64,000 nucleotides of DNA from an uncultured Candidatus Rokubacteria bacterium (GCA_963749975.1 CAVVOZ010000025.1:1-64000); one strand, 5' to 3'; numbered from the stretch's first letter, positions 25,364 to 36,044 are shown. The notes: generated by a model from the sequence alone, not told the origin. Numbers and translations: made by a program.

Positions 25364-27892
25364 GTGGTCTCTCTCCGGGGGTTCCCGGGGCTGACGATGG
25401 CGAGCCCCGGCGCGGCTCCGGCGAAGGGCAAGCCGCGTGAGGGTGGAGCCACCGGCTCCCTCCGGCGCGCATTCATCGGCGCTGCCCTCGCGACTTCCAT
25501 CCCGTTCCTGCTCCTCATCGCCTACCTGATCTGGGGACAGATCAGCCGCGAGCACAGCCGGGTCGAGCGCGAAGCGTTCGCCCAGGCCAGCCTCCTCAGC
25601 GCCCAGGTGGAGAAGCACTTCGGGGCGCGCATCGAGGCGCTCACCGGAGCCGCGAGTCTACTCGGGGCGGGCGGGGCGAGTCCCTCGGCCGGCGAGGCCC
25701 AGGGACGGCGGCTCCGGCAGGCGTTCCCGGACGTCGACCGCGCCGTCCTGATCGACGAGCTGGGGGTGGCCGCGGCCTCGGTTCCGGCCCTCGCCGAGGG
25801 CAAGCGTCTCGCGGTCGGTGACCAGGAGTGGTTCAAGCGGGCGGCGACGTCGACGGATCCGTTCGTCGGCGCCCCCTGGCGAGCCGGTCCGGAGATCCTG
25901 GTGGGGATCTACGCGCCGGTGCGGACCACCGAGGGACAGCTCCGGGGCGTCCTCGCGCTCGATCTCCTGCTCAAGCGCGTCCAGGATCTCCTGGCCCAGG
26001 CGAAGCTCTCCCCGGGGACCGCGGCCGCGCTCGTGACGGACCGGGGTGTCGTCGTCGCGCGCCAGCCGGCGCTCTTCCTGATGGCCAACGTCTCCGGGCT
26101 TGCCGGGTACGGTGACCTCCTGTCGCGGGGCGGCACGGGTGAGGCCGTCTTCGAGGACGGGGAGTCGCGCATTGCCGGCGCGGTCCGGATCCGTCCCCAG
26201 GGCTGGACTCTCGTCGTCGGGGTTCCGTCGGCCGAGGTCACGCGCGAGACCCGGAGCCAGCTCCTCCTCGTCGGCGGCGGGGGCCTGGCGCTCACGGCGC
26301 TGGCGATCCTTGCCGGGGTTCGGCTGGCTGGCCGCCAGGCCGAAGGGTTCGGGCGGCTTCGTCAGGCGATGGGGCGGCTCGAGACCGGGGACTTGCCGGC
26401 CACGCTGCCGGTCACCGTGGGCGGCGAGGCGGGCGCTCTCACGGATAGCTTCAACCGGATGCTGAGCTGGCTCCGTGGAAAGCTCCGGGAATACGAGGTC
26501 GTGACTCAGCTGGACGACGCAGCCGGTCGCGTGGTGACCGGGGACCGCTCGGGGGACGCGGCATTTGTCGGCCTCCTTCGCCGGGTGGTCGGGGGCGTCG
26601 GGGCGGACGTCGGAGTTCTCGTCCTGCCGGACGAGTCCGGCCTGGTGGCGCGGGCCGCGGTGGGCTTTCACGGGACCCAGGTCGAGGGCAGCCGTCTCCG
26701 GAGAGGCCAGGGACTGGCGGGAGCCGTCATGTCCGCGCGCGAGACCATGGTCGTGGCCGACGTGGAGGCGGACTACCGGGTCGAGGAGCCGTATCTCAAG
26801 GACGGAAGCATCCGCTCCATGGCCGCCTTCCCCCTCCTGGCCGGCGACGAGCTGCTGGGAGTGGTCGCGGTCGGGTATCGCACGGCCCATGCGTTTCCCC
26901 CGGACGAGGTGGCGCGGCTCGAGGCGATCGTGCGCCGGACGGCCCAGGCCATCGAGCGCGCGCAGGCCCTCGACTCGGTGCAGCGCAGCACCCAGGGTCT
27001 CGAGGCGCAGATCGCCCAGCAGATGGAGGCGCTCCAGAAGGCCGCGGTCGAACAGGCGGAGGCCAACCGCCAGACGCAGGAGGCGCGAAAGCAGGCGCGG
27101 GAGATGGAGCAGCGCATGAAGCTCCAGGCCGCGCAGGCGCCGCAGGTCAAGGAGGTCATCGTCGAGCGCGAGGTCGTGCGCCAGGACCCGGCGAGCGAGC
27201 AGGCCGCGCGATTCCGCGGGGAGATGCAGAAGACGGTCAGCGAGGAGCTGCGCGCCCCGCTCACCGCGCTCCTCGACCTTCCGCGGCTCCTGGTCGACGG
27301 GCTCCAGAAGCCGCTCGGCGACACCGAGCGGGGCCAGCTCGAGATCCTGCAGGAGCGCGGGCAGGAGATCCTGGAGCTGATCGAGGGCCTCACGGCGCTG
27401 AGCGGGCTCCAGGCCGGCGGGCTCAAGCTCACCAAGGCTTCGACGGATGTGCCCACGCTCGTCCAGCGGGTGGTCCGCACGCTCCAGCCCCGCGCCGCGG
27501 CGAAGGGGAACCGGATCGAGACGGACATCAAGCCCGGGGTGGCGCCCGTCGTCACGGACTCGCGCCGGGTCGAGCAGGTCCTCGGGAATCTGATCCTGTC
27601 GGCCGTCAAGTACACCGAGGTCGGGGAGATCCGCGTGACCTGCTACCAGCGCGACCGCGAGGTCGTCATGACGGTGGCCGACGACGGCGTCGGCTTCACC
27701 CAGGAGGAGCAGGGCCGGATCTTCCGGCCGTTCTGTCCGGTCGGCCCGCGGGACGGCCGGACGCTCCCCGGCACGGGCCTCCTCCTGACGGTGGCCGAGC
27801 GGCTCGTCATCGCGCTCGGTGGCAAGATCAAGATGGAGAGCGAGCCGGACCGCGGCTCGTGGGTCACCGTCACGCTGCCGGTGCAGGGATGA
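25364..27892 (+). CDS. sensor histidine-kinase-like protein: two TM helices flank a periplasmic Cache-like region, then HAMP, GAF, DHp and a catalytic ATPase domain. The H-box His is replaced by Glu.
   Basis: GAF (…ETMVVADVEADYRVEEPYLKDGSIRSMAAFPLLAGDELLGVVAVGY…). The DHp helix reads TVSEELRAPLTALLDL where the consensus is SHELRTPL. The N box (LGNLILSAVKYT), G1 (DDGVGF), F (FRPF) and G2 (GTGLLL) are all present. Confidence 0.85.
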   Translation: MVSLRGFPGLTMASPGAAPAKGKPREGGATGSLRRAFIGAALATSIPFLLLIAYLIWGQISREHSRVEREAFAQASLLSAQVEKHFGARIEALTGAASLLGAGGASPSAGEAQGRRLRQAFPDVDRAVLIDELGVAAASVPALAEGKRLAVGDQEWFKRAATSTDPFVGAPWRAGPEILVGIYAPVRTTEGQLRGVLALDLLLKRVQDLLAQAKLSPGTAAALVTDRGVVVARQPALFLMANVSGLAGYGDLLSRGGTGEAVFEDGESRIAGAVRIRPQGWTLVVGVPSAEVTRETRSQLLLVGGGGLALTALAILAGVRLAGRQAEGFGRLRQAMGRLETGDLPATLPVTVGGEAGALTDSFNRMLSWLRGKLREYEVVTQLDDAAGRVVTGDRSGDAAFVGLLRRVVGGVGADVGVLVLPDESGLVARAAVGFHGTQVEGSRLRRGQGLAGAVMSARETMVVADVEADYRVEEPYLKDGSIRSMAAFPLLAGDELLGVVAVGYRTAHAFPPDEVARLEAIVRRTAQAIERAQALDSVQRSTQGLEAQIAQQMEALQKAAVEQAEANRQTQEARKQAREMEQRMKLQAAQAPQVKEVIVEREVVRQDPASEQAARFRGEMQKTVSEELRAPLTALLDLPRLLVDGLQKPLGDTERGQLEILQERGQEILELIEGLTALSGLQAGGLKLTKASTDVPTLVQRVVRTLQPRAAAKGNRIETDIKPGVAPVVTDSRRVEQVLGNLILSAVKYTEVGEIRVTCYQRDREVVMTVADDGVGFTQEEQGRIFRPFCPVGPRDGRTLPGTGLLLTVAERLVIALGGKIKMESEPDRGSWVTVTLPVQG

Positions 27893-27896
27893 GGGC

Positions 27897-28919
27897 ATGA
27901 AGCGACCGTCTCGTCGCCCTCATGAGAGCATGAGCCCGTCCACGCGCAGTCCTTCCACCCTCGGGCACGTGCTGATCGTCGACGACGACCTCCTGGTCCG
28001 GGAGACGATGCGGGACTACATCGATCACCTCGGCTACGCGGTGCGCGACGTGGGATCCGCGGAGGAGGCGCTCAGGGAGATCGCCAAGGAGGCGCCGGAC
28101 CTGGTGCTGCTCGACGTCCGGATGCCGAGGATCACCGGGATCGACCTGTGCCGGCAGCTCAAGAGCGACCCGATGACGCACCTGATTCCCGTGGTTCTCC
28201 TGACCGCCGAGCGCGAGCTGGACTCGCGGGTGGCGGGGCTCGCGGCGGGCGCGGACGACTACTTCACGAAGCCCGTCCACCCGCGGGAGCTGGACGCGCG
28301 TCTCCGATCGCTCATCCGCCTGAAGCGCGTCCTCGAGGAGCTGGAGGAAGCCGAGAGCCTGATCACGAGCCTCGCGCTCACGATCGAGGCGCGGGATCCC
28401 TACACGGCCGGCCACTGCGTGCGGCTGGCGGCCTGGGCGATGGCCTTCGGCGAGCGTCTCGGGCTCAGCGAGGAGGAGCAGAAGGCGCTGCGCCTGGGAG
28501 GGTTCCTGCACGATCTCGGCAAGATCGCGGTGCCCGACGGCGTCCTCCTCAAGGCCGGCCCGCTCAGCGCGGAAGAGCGGCGGCTCATGGAGGAGCATCC
28601 GGCCGCGGGCGACCGGCTCGTCGTGCCCATGCGGACGCTCGGCCTCGTGCGCCCCATCATCCGGCACCACCACGAGCGGTGGGATGGGCATGGGTACCCG
28701 GACCGGCTGGGCGGGGAGGAGGTGCCGCTCCTCGCGCGTCTCATGGCGATCGTCGACGTCTACGACGCGCTCTGCACGCAGCGCCCGTACAAGGGTCCGT
28801 TCGGCGAGGAGGAAGCGCTCAAGAGCCTCCGCGAGGGAGCCCGGACCGGGCAGTTCGACCCGGAGATGGTCCGCGTGTTCCTGGAGCTCCGGCAGGCCTC
28901 GACGGACCTCCGCCGCTGA
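27897..28919 (+). CDS. response regulator with an HD-GYP phosphodiesterase output domain (RpfG-like)
   Basis: REC domain (LIVDDDLLVRE…LVLLDVRMP…ADDYFTKP). HD-GYP domain (…YTAGHCVRLA…GGFLHDLGKIAVPD…HHERWDGHGYPDRL…). Confidence 0.85.
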   Translation: MKRPSRRPHESMSPSTRSPSTLGHVLIVDDDLLVRETMRDYIDHLGYAVRDVGSAEEALREIAKEAPDLVLLDVRMPRITGIDLCRQLKSDPMTHLIPVVLLTAERELDSRVAGLAAGADDYFTKPVHPRELDARLRSLIRLKRVLEELEEAESLITSLALTIEARDPYTAGHCVRLAAWAMAFGERLGLSEEEQKALRLGGFLHDLGKIAVPDGVLLKAGPLSAEERRLMEEHPAAGDRLVVPMRTLGLVRPIIRHHHERWDGHGYPDRLGGEEVPLLARLMAIVDVYDALCTQRPYKGPFGEEEALKSLREGARTGQFDPEMVRVFLELRQASTDLRR

Positions 28920-28935
28920 GCCTCCGTCCGCGCTG

Positions 28936-29286
28936 ATGGCCGACTGCGTCTTCTGCGAGATCGTCGCCGGCCGGAACCCCGCGACGATCGAGTACCAGGA
29001 CGACGAGATCCTCGCGTTCCACGACATCTACCCGAAGGCGCCGGTCCACCTCCTGATCATCCCGAAGCGCCACATCGAGTCCGTGATGGCGCTCTCTCCG
29101 GAGGACGCGCCGCTCGTCGGCCGCATGGTCCTGGCCGCGAAGCGGATCGGAGAGGCGCGAGGCCTGGCCGAGCGCGGCTACCGGCTCGCCATCCACTCCG
29201 GACCCGAGGGAGGTCAGGTCGTGTACCATCTCCACCTTCACTTCCAGGCCGGTCGCCGCGACGAGCGGAAGGTCGAGCGGCGATGA
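28936..29286 (+). CDS. HIT-family (histidine triad) protein
   Basis: CVFCEIVAG…APVHLLIIPKRHI…VVYHLHLHF (HxHxHxx motif). Confidence 0.85.
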   Translation: MADCVFCEIVAGRNPATIEYQDDEILAFHDIYPKAPVHLLIIPKRHIESVMALSPEDAPLVGRMVLAAKRIGEARGLAERGYRLAIHSGPEGGQVVYHLHLHFQAGRRDERKVERR

Positions 29287-29371
29287 CGCCACAGGCCGCC
29301 GCAGGCCCTTCACGCGGCAGGCCGTCGCGTCAGGCGCCCAATCAGCTCGAGCGCGGAGCGAGGGAAGCGCC

Positions 29372-30652
29372 GTGAGCCCACAGGCCGAAGGCCGTCCGAT
29401 CAGTTCCCGGCCCGAGCGGGTCCGCCTCGCGAACGGCCTCACGGCGGTGCTCCAGCCCCACGATGCGGCCGAGGTCGCGGCGGTGCAGCTCTGGGTCCGC
29501 GCCGGAGCGCGCGACGAGGGCCCGGACGAGGCGGGGCTCTCTCACTTCATCGAGCACCTGCTCTTCAAGGGGACACCCACGCGGGGACCCGGCGTGATCG
29601 ACCAGACGATCTCCGGCCTCGGGGGCGAGATGAACGCCGCGACCTCCCAGGACTGGACCTACTTTCACGTCGTCCTGCCCGCCGGGCGCCTCGACACCGC
29701 GCTGGACATCCTGGCCGACGCGGCGCAGCACGCCGCGTTCGACCCGGTCGAGGTCGAGCGCGAGCGCCACGTGGTGCTGGAGGAGATCCGGCGCGCCGAG
29801 GACACGCCCAGCGCCGCCCTCTGGCGGGTGCTGGCCCGCGGGCACTTCGGCGAGCACGCGTACGGTCGGCCGGTCCTCGGCTCCGCCGAGTCCATCGCGG
29901 GAGTGCCCCGCGAGAAGATCGTCGACTACTATCGCCGCTCCTACGTGCCGAACAACGCGACGGTGGTGGTGGCGGGCAGCATGCCGGCGGAGCGGAGCCT
30001 CGACGCCGTGCGTGAGGCGTTCGGGAGCTGGGCCCCGGGCCCGCTTCCGGAGCGGCCGCGGCGGGCTCCCGCGCCGCCGCGCGCCCCGCGGCGGATCCAG
30101 GAATCGAAGACGCTTCACCAGACGTACCTCGGGTTCGCGTGGGCCGGCGTCATTCCGCCCGATCCGGACGTCTATGCCCTCGACCTCGTGACGACCGTGC
30201 TGGGCCAGGGACGGTCGTCGCGGCTGGTGCAGGCGCTCCGGGAGCGGCTCGGGCTCGTGTCGGGGATCGGGAGCAGCTTCTACCTCCAGCACGACGCGGG
30301 GATGATCGCGATCACCGCCCGGACGACGACGGCGCGCTACGCGGAGATCGAGGCGGCGGTCCTGGCGGAGGTGGGGCGCCTGTCCGAGGAGCTCGTCACG
30401 GAGGCGGAGTTCACGCGGGCGATGACGTCGGTGGAGGCGGAGCACGCGTTCAGCGGAGAGACGGCGGAAGGCGCCGCCTACACGCTCGGCACGGCGGACA
30501 CCGTGTGGACGCTCGAGTTCGAGCTGGGCTACGTCGACGCCGTCCGGCGGGTGACGCGCGAGGCCATGCGCGAGGCCGCCCGGCGTCACCTTCGGCCCGA
30601 TCGCTTCACGGGCGCCGTCATCGGCGCCGCGGCTGCCGGGGGAGGCGAGTGA
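29372..30652 (+). CDS. M16-family zinc peptidase (active subunit, HxxEH)
   Basis: GLSHFIEHLLFKGT… zinc-binding motif. Domain architecture runs the full length. Confidence 0.85.
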   Translation: MSPQAEGRPISSRPERVRLANGLTAVLQPHDAAEVAAVQLWVRAGARDEGPDEAGLSHFIEHLLFKGTPTRGPGVIDQTISGLGGEMNAATSQDWTYFHVVLPAGRLDTALDILADAAQHAAFDPVEVERERHVVLEEIRRAEDTPSAALWRVLARGHFGEHAYGRPVLGSAESIAGVPREKIVDYYRRSYVPNNATVVVAGSMPAERSLDAVREAFGSWAPGPLPERPRRAPAPPRAPRRIQESKTLHQTYLGFAWAGVIPPDPDVYALDLVTTVLGQGRSSRLVQALRERLGLVSGIGSSFYLQHDAGMIAITARTTTARYAEIEAAVLAEVGRLSEELVTEAEFTRAMTSVEAEHAFSGETAEGAAYTLGTADTVWTLEFELGYVDAVRRVTREAMREAARRHLRPDRFTGAVIGAAAAGGGE

Positions 30653-31968
30653 GCGCCGACCAGGGACACCCGAAGCCCGGCGCGCCGCCGCGGGAGCCGG
30701 GGCTCCGCCCGGAGTCGAGCCGTCCGGCCGCGGCCGACCTCGGTCCGGTCACGCGTCTCGTCCTTCCCAACGGCCTGACGGTGCTGGTGCGCGAGAACCG
30801 GGGCGCCCCGGTCGTCGCCGTGACCCTCCTGTCCCGGCGCGGTGCGGCGGACGAGGCGCCGGAGCTGAACGGGGTGACGGCCCTCCTCGGGCGCGTGCTC
30901 CTCAAGGGGACGCGGGCGCGAACCGCCGTCGAGGTCGCGAGCGCCGCCGAGGACGCCGGGGGCGGGCATCGAGAGCGGGGCCGATCAGGAGTACGGCGAG
31001 CTGCGGACCTGGGGTCTCGCGCGACACTGGCCCCGCCTCCTCGCGCTGCTCCACGAGGTGGCCACCGAGCCGCGCCTCGCGGACGACGAGATCGAGCGGG
31101 AGCGCGGGGTGCTCCTGGCCCAGATCCGTGGTCTCGAGGACCAGCCCGCCCAGGTCGCCAACCGCGTCCTCGCGCGGGCGCTCTTCGGCCCGCGGGGGTA
31201 CGGGTTGCCGACGAGCGGAGAGGAGGCGACGGTCGCGCGGATCACGCGGGCGAGCCTGCTCGAGCGGTTCGGGGAGGCATACACGGCCGACCGGCTCGTG
31301 CTCGCCGTGTCCGGGGCGGTGACCGCCGACGACGTGCTCGGCGAGGTGGGACGGCTCTTCGAAGGGCTCCGGCGCGGCGGGCCGGTGTCCGCGCCGCCGC
31401 CGCCGCCGGAGCGGCCCGTGCGCCTCCGTGAGCACGAGACGTCGCCGACCCAGCAGGCCCACGTCTTGCTCGGCTATCTCGCGCCTCCCGTCGCCGCGCC
31501 GGACCACGTCGCCCTCAAGGTCGCGAACGGCGTCCTGGGCGGCGGGATGTCGAGCCGGCTCTTCCGGACCCTCCGGGACGAGGAGGGGCTCGCCTACTCC
31601 GTGGGGTCTGCCTACCCCACCCGGCGGGGCGCCGGCCGCGTCGTGCTTCACATCGGGACGGCGCCGGAGAACGTGGCGGCGGCCGAGGCCGGCCTCCGGC
31701 GAGAGGTCGATCGCCTGTCCGGCGAGCCGGTGCCCGAGGACGAGCTCGCGCGCACGAAGGCCTACCTCTCCGGATCCTTCGTGCTGGACCGCCGGACGAA
31801 CGGCCGCCAGAGCTTCTATCTGGCGTTCTACGAGGTGATGGGGGTGGGCGCCGAGTACGTGCTGCGCTACCCGAGCCTCCTCGAGGCGGTCGGCGCGACC
31901 GACGTGCTGCGCTCGCGCGCGCCGCCATCTCGTCGAGCCGGCGGCGGTGGTGGTCGGCCCGGCTTGAG
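30648..31968 (+). CDS. M16-family peptidase-like protein (non-catalytic partner; no HxxEH); needs about 2 frame corrections (around 31000 and 31920)
   Basis: …VTRLVLPNGLTVLVRENRGAPVVAV…ALLGRVLLKGT…, then in ORF 31058..: …ERERGVLLAQIRGLEDQP…GLAYSVGS…. The C-terminus is restored in the +1 frame as …ARRHLVEPAAVVVGPA*. Confidence 0.7.
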
Positions 31969-31982
31969 AGCCGGCAGGCGCC

Positions 31983-32727
31983 GTGCTGCCGCTCAAGGAC
32001 AACGTTCCGACCCGCTCCTTCCCGGCCGTCTCGGTCGCCCTGATCGCCGTCAACGTCGTCATCTATCTCTACGAGTTCTTTCTGTGGTTCGACCCGGCGA
32101 CCGCCGGCCGGCCGTCGCTGGGAGCCCAGCTCTACGGGCAGTTCGTGGTCGAGTTCGGCCTGATCCCGTGCCGGTTCGGGGACATCTGCCCGCCGGGGCT
32201 CGACACGGTGCTGGCGGGGGCCCCCGCGCCGGCGCTGACCATCTTCACGTCGATGTTCGTCCACGGGGGGCTGCTTCACGTCGGCGGGAACATGCTCTAC
32301 CTCTGGATCTTCGGCAAGAACGTCGAGGACTCGATGGGGCACGGGCGATTTCTCGTCTTCTACCTCGTGTGCGGGCTGGCGGCGGCGGCCGCGCAGTACG
32401 CTCCAGGATCCCGCGTCGGCCATTCCGATGGTGGGCGCGAGCGGCGCGGTCTCGGGGACCCTGGGCGCGTACCTCCTGCTGCACCCGCGCGCGCGGATCT
32501 GGACCCTGGTGATCTTCGGCTACTTCGCGCGGATGATCCCGGTGCCCGCCATGGTCGTGCTCGGGTTCTGGGTGGTCCTGCAGTTCGTGAACAGCGTCTT
32601 CACGTTCGCCCGGGGTGGCGCCGAGGGGGTCGCGTTCCTGGCCCACCTGGGCGGCTTCGTCGCCGGTCTCGCGCTCATCGGCCTCTTCCGGCGCCCGCGG
32701 ATCCGCCGCCGGCGACGATGGGCCTGA
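31983..32727 (+). CDS. rhomboid-family intramembrane serine protease (frame change near 32410)
   Basis: …FVHGGLLHVGGNMLYLWIFG… and …GASGAVSGTLGAYLL…AHLGGFVAGL (GxSG and His catalytic dyad). Confidence 0.75.
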
Positions 32728-32862
32728 CGTCGGGCGGCCCGCGGACGGGTGCCGCAATCCATCGGCCGTGGCGGCCGATTGGCGGCCGATCGGCGCCGCG
32801 GTCAGCTTCCGATCAGCCGGAGGACTGCCGCGGCCTATAATCGGGCGGAGGCAAGGACACGG

Positions 32863-34284
32863 GTGAAGGCCGGGCTCGATCCGATCAAATTCGGCACGTC
32901 CGGGTGGCGCGCGCGGATGGCGGACACCTACACGTTCGCGAACGTGCGGCGTCTCACGCGGGCCATCGCGGACCATCTCAAGGAGACGGGCGAGGCGGAG
33001 CACGGTGTCGTCGTCGGGTACGACACGCGCTTTCTCTCCGAGGATTTCGCCGCCGCCGCCGCCGGGACGCTCGCGCAGGCGGGCGTCCGGTGCCGGCTCG
33101 CGGTCGCGGCCGTGCCGACGCCGACCGTGGCCCACGCCGTCCTCCATCATCGGGCGGCGGCCGGGATCACGATCACGGCCAGCCACAACCCGGCGCCGGA
33201 CAACGGACTCAAGCTGTCGGGCTCGACCGGCGGGCCGGCCCTCCCCGAGGTGACCCGGGCGGTCGAGGCGCGGGTCGCGGGCCTGGCCGATCCCGGCGGA
33301 ATGCCGATCGCGGAGGCGCGGGCGACGGGGCTCGTGGAGCCGGCGGATTTCGCGCCGGCGTATCTCGACCAGTGCCGGCGGATGATCGATCTCGACGCCA
33401 TCCGCCGGGCTCGCCTTCGCGTGGTGGTGGACGTCATGTACGGGCCCGCGCGAGGCTACCTCGACCGCCTGCTCGGAGAGGCGGGCTGCGAGGTCACCCT
33501 CCTCCACGGGACGCGTGACGTCACCTTCGGCGGCCACCCGCCGGAGCCGGCGGAGGAGTACCTCGGCGAGCTGATCGGGACGGTGCGCGAGCAGGGGGCG
33601 CACCTCGGTCTCGCCACGGACGGCGACGCCGATCGCTTCGGCGTCGTGGACCGGGACGGGACGGTGCTGGCGCCGAACCCGATCCTGGCGCTCGTGCTGC
33701 GGCACCTCCTCGGCCACCGCGGCTGGCGCGGTGGCGTGGCGCGGAGCGTGGCGACGACCCATCTCCTCGATGCGCTGGCGGCCCGTCACGGCTCGGAGCT
33801 CCACGAGACGCCCGTCGGCTTCAAGTACCTGGGCGACCTGATCACGCAGGGCCGCGCCATGTTCGGGGGCGAGGAGTCGGGCGGCATGAGCCTCAGAGGG
33901 CATCCCCCCGAGAAGGACGGGATCCTCGCCTGCCTCCTGGCGGCGGAGGTCGCGGCGGTGGAAGGCGCGGCGCTCGGCGCCGTGCTGGAGCGGCTCTACG
34001 CGGAGGTGGGGCGACTCCTGTCCATCCGCGTGAACGTGCCCCTCTCCGAGGGAGTGCGCCGGGCGTTGCCGGGTCGGATGGCCGCGCCCCCGGCGGTCCT
34101 CGGGCCGTGGGCCGTCAAGCGCATCCAGACCACGGACGGGCTCAAGCTTCACCTGGACGGCGGCGCCTGGGTCCTCGTGCGGCCGTCCGGCACCGAGCCC
34201 GTGGCGCGGCTCTACGTGGAGGCGCCGGACGCCCGGACCCTCGAGGCGCTGCGGGACGCCGCCCTGCGCCACTTCTTCGCATGA
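32863..34284 (+). CDS. phosphoglucomutase/phosphomannomutase-family protein
   Basis: GTSGWRA…, the active-site loop TASHNPAPDNGLKLSG, …GLATDGDADRFGVVD…, and GGEESGGMSL. Confidence 0.85.
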   Translation: MKAGLDPIKFGTSGWRARMADTYTFANVRRLTRAIADHLKETGEAEHGVVVGYDTRFLSEDFAAAAAGTLAQAGVRCRLAVAAVPTPTVAHAVLHHRAAAGITITASHNPAPDNGLKLSGSTGGPALPEVTRAVEARVAGLADPGGMPIAEARATGLVEPADFAPAYLDQCRRMIDLDAIRRARLRVVVDVMYGPARGYLDRLLGEAGCEVTLLHGTRDVTFGGHPPEPAEEYLGELIGTVREQGAHLGLATDGDADRFGVVDRDGTVLAPNPILALVLRHLLGHRGWRGGVARSVATTHLLDALAARHGSELHETPVGFKYLGDLITQGRAMFGGEESGGMSLRGHPPEKDGILACLLAAEVAAVEGAALGAVLERLYAEVGRLLSIRVNVPLSEGVRRALPGRMAAPPAVLGPWAVKRIQTTDGLKLHLDGGAWVLVRPSGTEPVARLYVEAPDARTLEALRDAALRHFFA

Positions 34285-35135
34285 GCCCCGCCGGGACCGC
34301 TCGCCCAGCCCGGATTCGCCTGGACGAGCTGCTCGTGACGCAGGGGCTCGCGTCGAGTCGCGCCGAGGCTGCGCGGCTGATCCTCGCCGGGCGGGTGCGG
34401 CTGCCGGGCGGGGTGCCCGCGAAGGCCGGCCGGCTCGTGGCGCCTGACACTCCGGTGGAGCAGGTCGCGGCGGCGCCCTTCGTCGGGCGGGGCGGGGAGA
34501 AGCTCGCGGCGGCGCTCGAGGCCTTCGACGTGGACGTCCGGGGGCGCGTGTGCCTCGACGTCGGCGCGTCCACGGGCGGGTTCACCGACTGCCTGCTCGG
34601 CCGCGGTGCCCTCCGCGTCCACGCGGTGGACGTGGGGCACGGCCAGCTCCACCCCCGCCTCCGCGACGACGCCCGCGTCGTGGTGTGGGAGGGGCTGAAC
34701 GCGCGCCATCTCGATCCCGCCCGGTTCCCCGATCGCCCGAGCCTCGCCACCGTCGACGTGTCCTTCATCTCGCTCGGCAAGGTTCTGCCCGCCGTGGCCG
34801 CGTGCCTCGACGACCCGGCTGAGATCGTCGCCCTCGTGAAGCCCCAGTTCGAGGTCGGCCCCGCTCAGGTGGGCAAGGGAGGCGTGGTCCGAGCCTGGGA
34901 GGCGCGCCGGGACGCCGTCCGGGGCGTCGCCGGCGCCGCGCTCGAGATGGGGCTCCGCATCGGGGGCGTGGCCGCTTCGGTGCTCCACGGTCCGAAGGGG
35001 AACCGCGAGGTCTTCCTCTATCTCGCGCGCGACCTCGGGCCTCGACCGTCGCTCGCGGGCGCGATCTTCGAGGCGGCTCTCGCCGCGGCCGTCCCGGTCG
35101 AGAGCCGTTCGGATGCAGGACGGACAGCTCGGTGA
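34281..35135 (+). CDS. tlyA: TlyA-family rRNA 2'-O-methyltransferase (S4 plus FtsJ-like domains)
   Basis: RLDELLVTQGLASSRAEAARLI…VCLDVGASTGGFTDCLL…VHAVDVGHGQL…. Confidence 0.8.
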   Translation: MSPAGTARPARIRLDELLVTQGLASSRAEAARLILAGRVRLPGGVPAKAGRLVAPDTPVEQVAAAPFVGRGGEKLAAALEAFDVDVRGRVCLDVGASTGGFTDCLLGRGALRVHAVDVGHGQLHPRLRDDARVVVWEGLNARHLDPARFPDRPSLATVDVSFISLGKVLPAVAACLDDPAEIVALVKPQFEVGPAQVGKGGVVRAWEARRDAVRGVAGAALEMGLRIGGVAASVLHGPKGNREVFLYLARDLGPRPSLAGAIFEAALAAAVPVESRSDAGRTAR

Positions 35136-36028
35136 GCGAGACGCAGGGCGAGGGCGGGAGGGGGAGGATGCGGCGCGTCGGAGTGATCGCGCGGCGGGAC
35201 CGGGCCGAGGCGCGCGATGTGACGCGAGGGCTGGTCCAGTGGCTGACCGCGCACCGGCGGGAGGTCGTGGTCGACAGCGAGACCTCCGGGGCCCTCGGGC
35301 TCCCCGGTGTGACGGTGGTGGAGCGGCAGGCTCTCCCCGGCAAGGTCGACCTCATCGTCGTGCTCGGGGGCGACGGAACGCTGCTCGCGGTCGCGCGCCT
35401 CGTCGACGGTCTGGACGTGCCCATCCTCGGCGTCAACCTCGGAGGCCTCGGCTTCCTGACGGCGACCACGCTCGAGGCGCTCTTCCCCACGCTCGAGGCA
35501 GTCCTCCGAGGGGAATACGCCGCGGAGGAGCGCCTCGTCCTGGTGGCGGGGCTGACGCGGGGCGGCACCCTCCTGGCGGAGCAGCTGGCGCTGAACGACG
35601 TCGTGGTGGCGAAGGGGGCCCTCGGCCGGCTGATCGACCTCGACGTGCGCGCCGACGGGCAGCCGATGACGGCCTACCGCGCCGACGGGCTCATCATCGC
35701 GACCCCCACCGGCTCGACCGCCTACAACCTCTCGGCGGCCGGGCCGATCCTCTTCCCCACGATGGACGCGGTGGTCCTGACCCCGATCTGCTCGCATACA
35801 CTGACGAACCGGCCGATCGTGCTGCCGGCGACGATCCGGCTGGAGGTGACCCTCCTGACGGAGGCGCCCGACGTGGTCCTCTCGGTCGACGGCCAGCCGG
35901 GCCCGCCGGTGGCGGCGGGGGACGTGGTCCACGTCCGGCAGGCCGGCGCCCGGATCCGCCTGATCCGGGACCCGCGGAAATCCTACTTCGAGGTGCTGCG
36001 CACGAAGCTAAAATGGGGCGAACGCTGA
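35132..36028 (+). CDS. nadK: NAD+ kinase
   Basis: …VDLIVVLGGDGTLLAVARL…NDVVV…ADGLIIATPTGSTAYNLSAAGPIL…. Confidence 0.85.
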   Translation: MSETQGEGGRGRMRRVGVIARRDRAEARDVTRGLVQWLTAHRREVVVDSETSGALGLPGVTVVERQALPGKVDLIVVLGGDGTLLAVARLVDGLDVPILGVNLGGLGFLTATTLEALFPTLEAVLRGEYAAEERLVLVAGLTRGGTLLAEQLALNDVVVAKGALGRLIDLDVRADGQPMTAYRADGLIIATPTGSTAYNLSAAGPILFPTMDAVVLTPICSHTLTNRPIVLPATIRLEVTLLTEAPDVVLSVDGQPGPPVAAGDVVHVRQAGARIRLIRDPRKSYFEVLRTKLKWGER

Positions 36029-36044
36029 TCGTTCCGGAGGGCGG

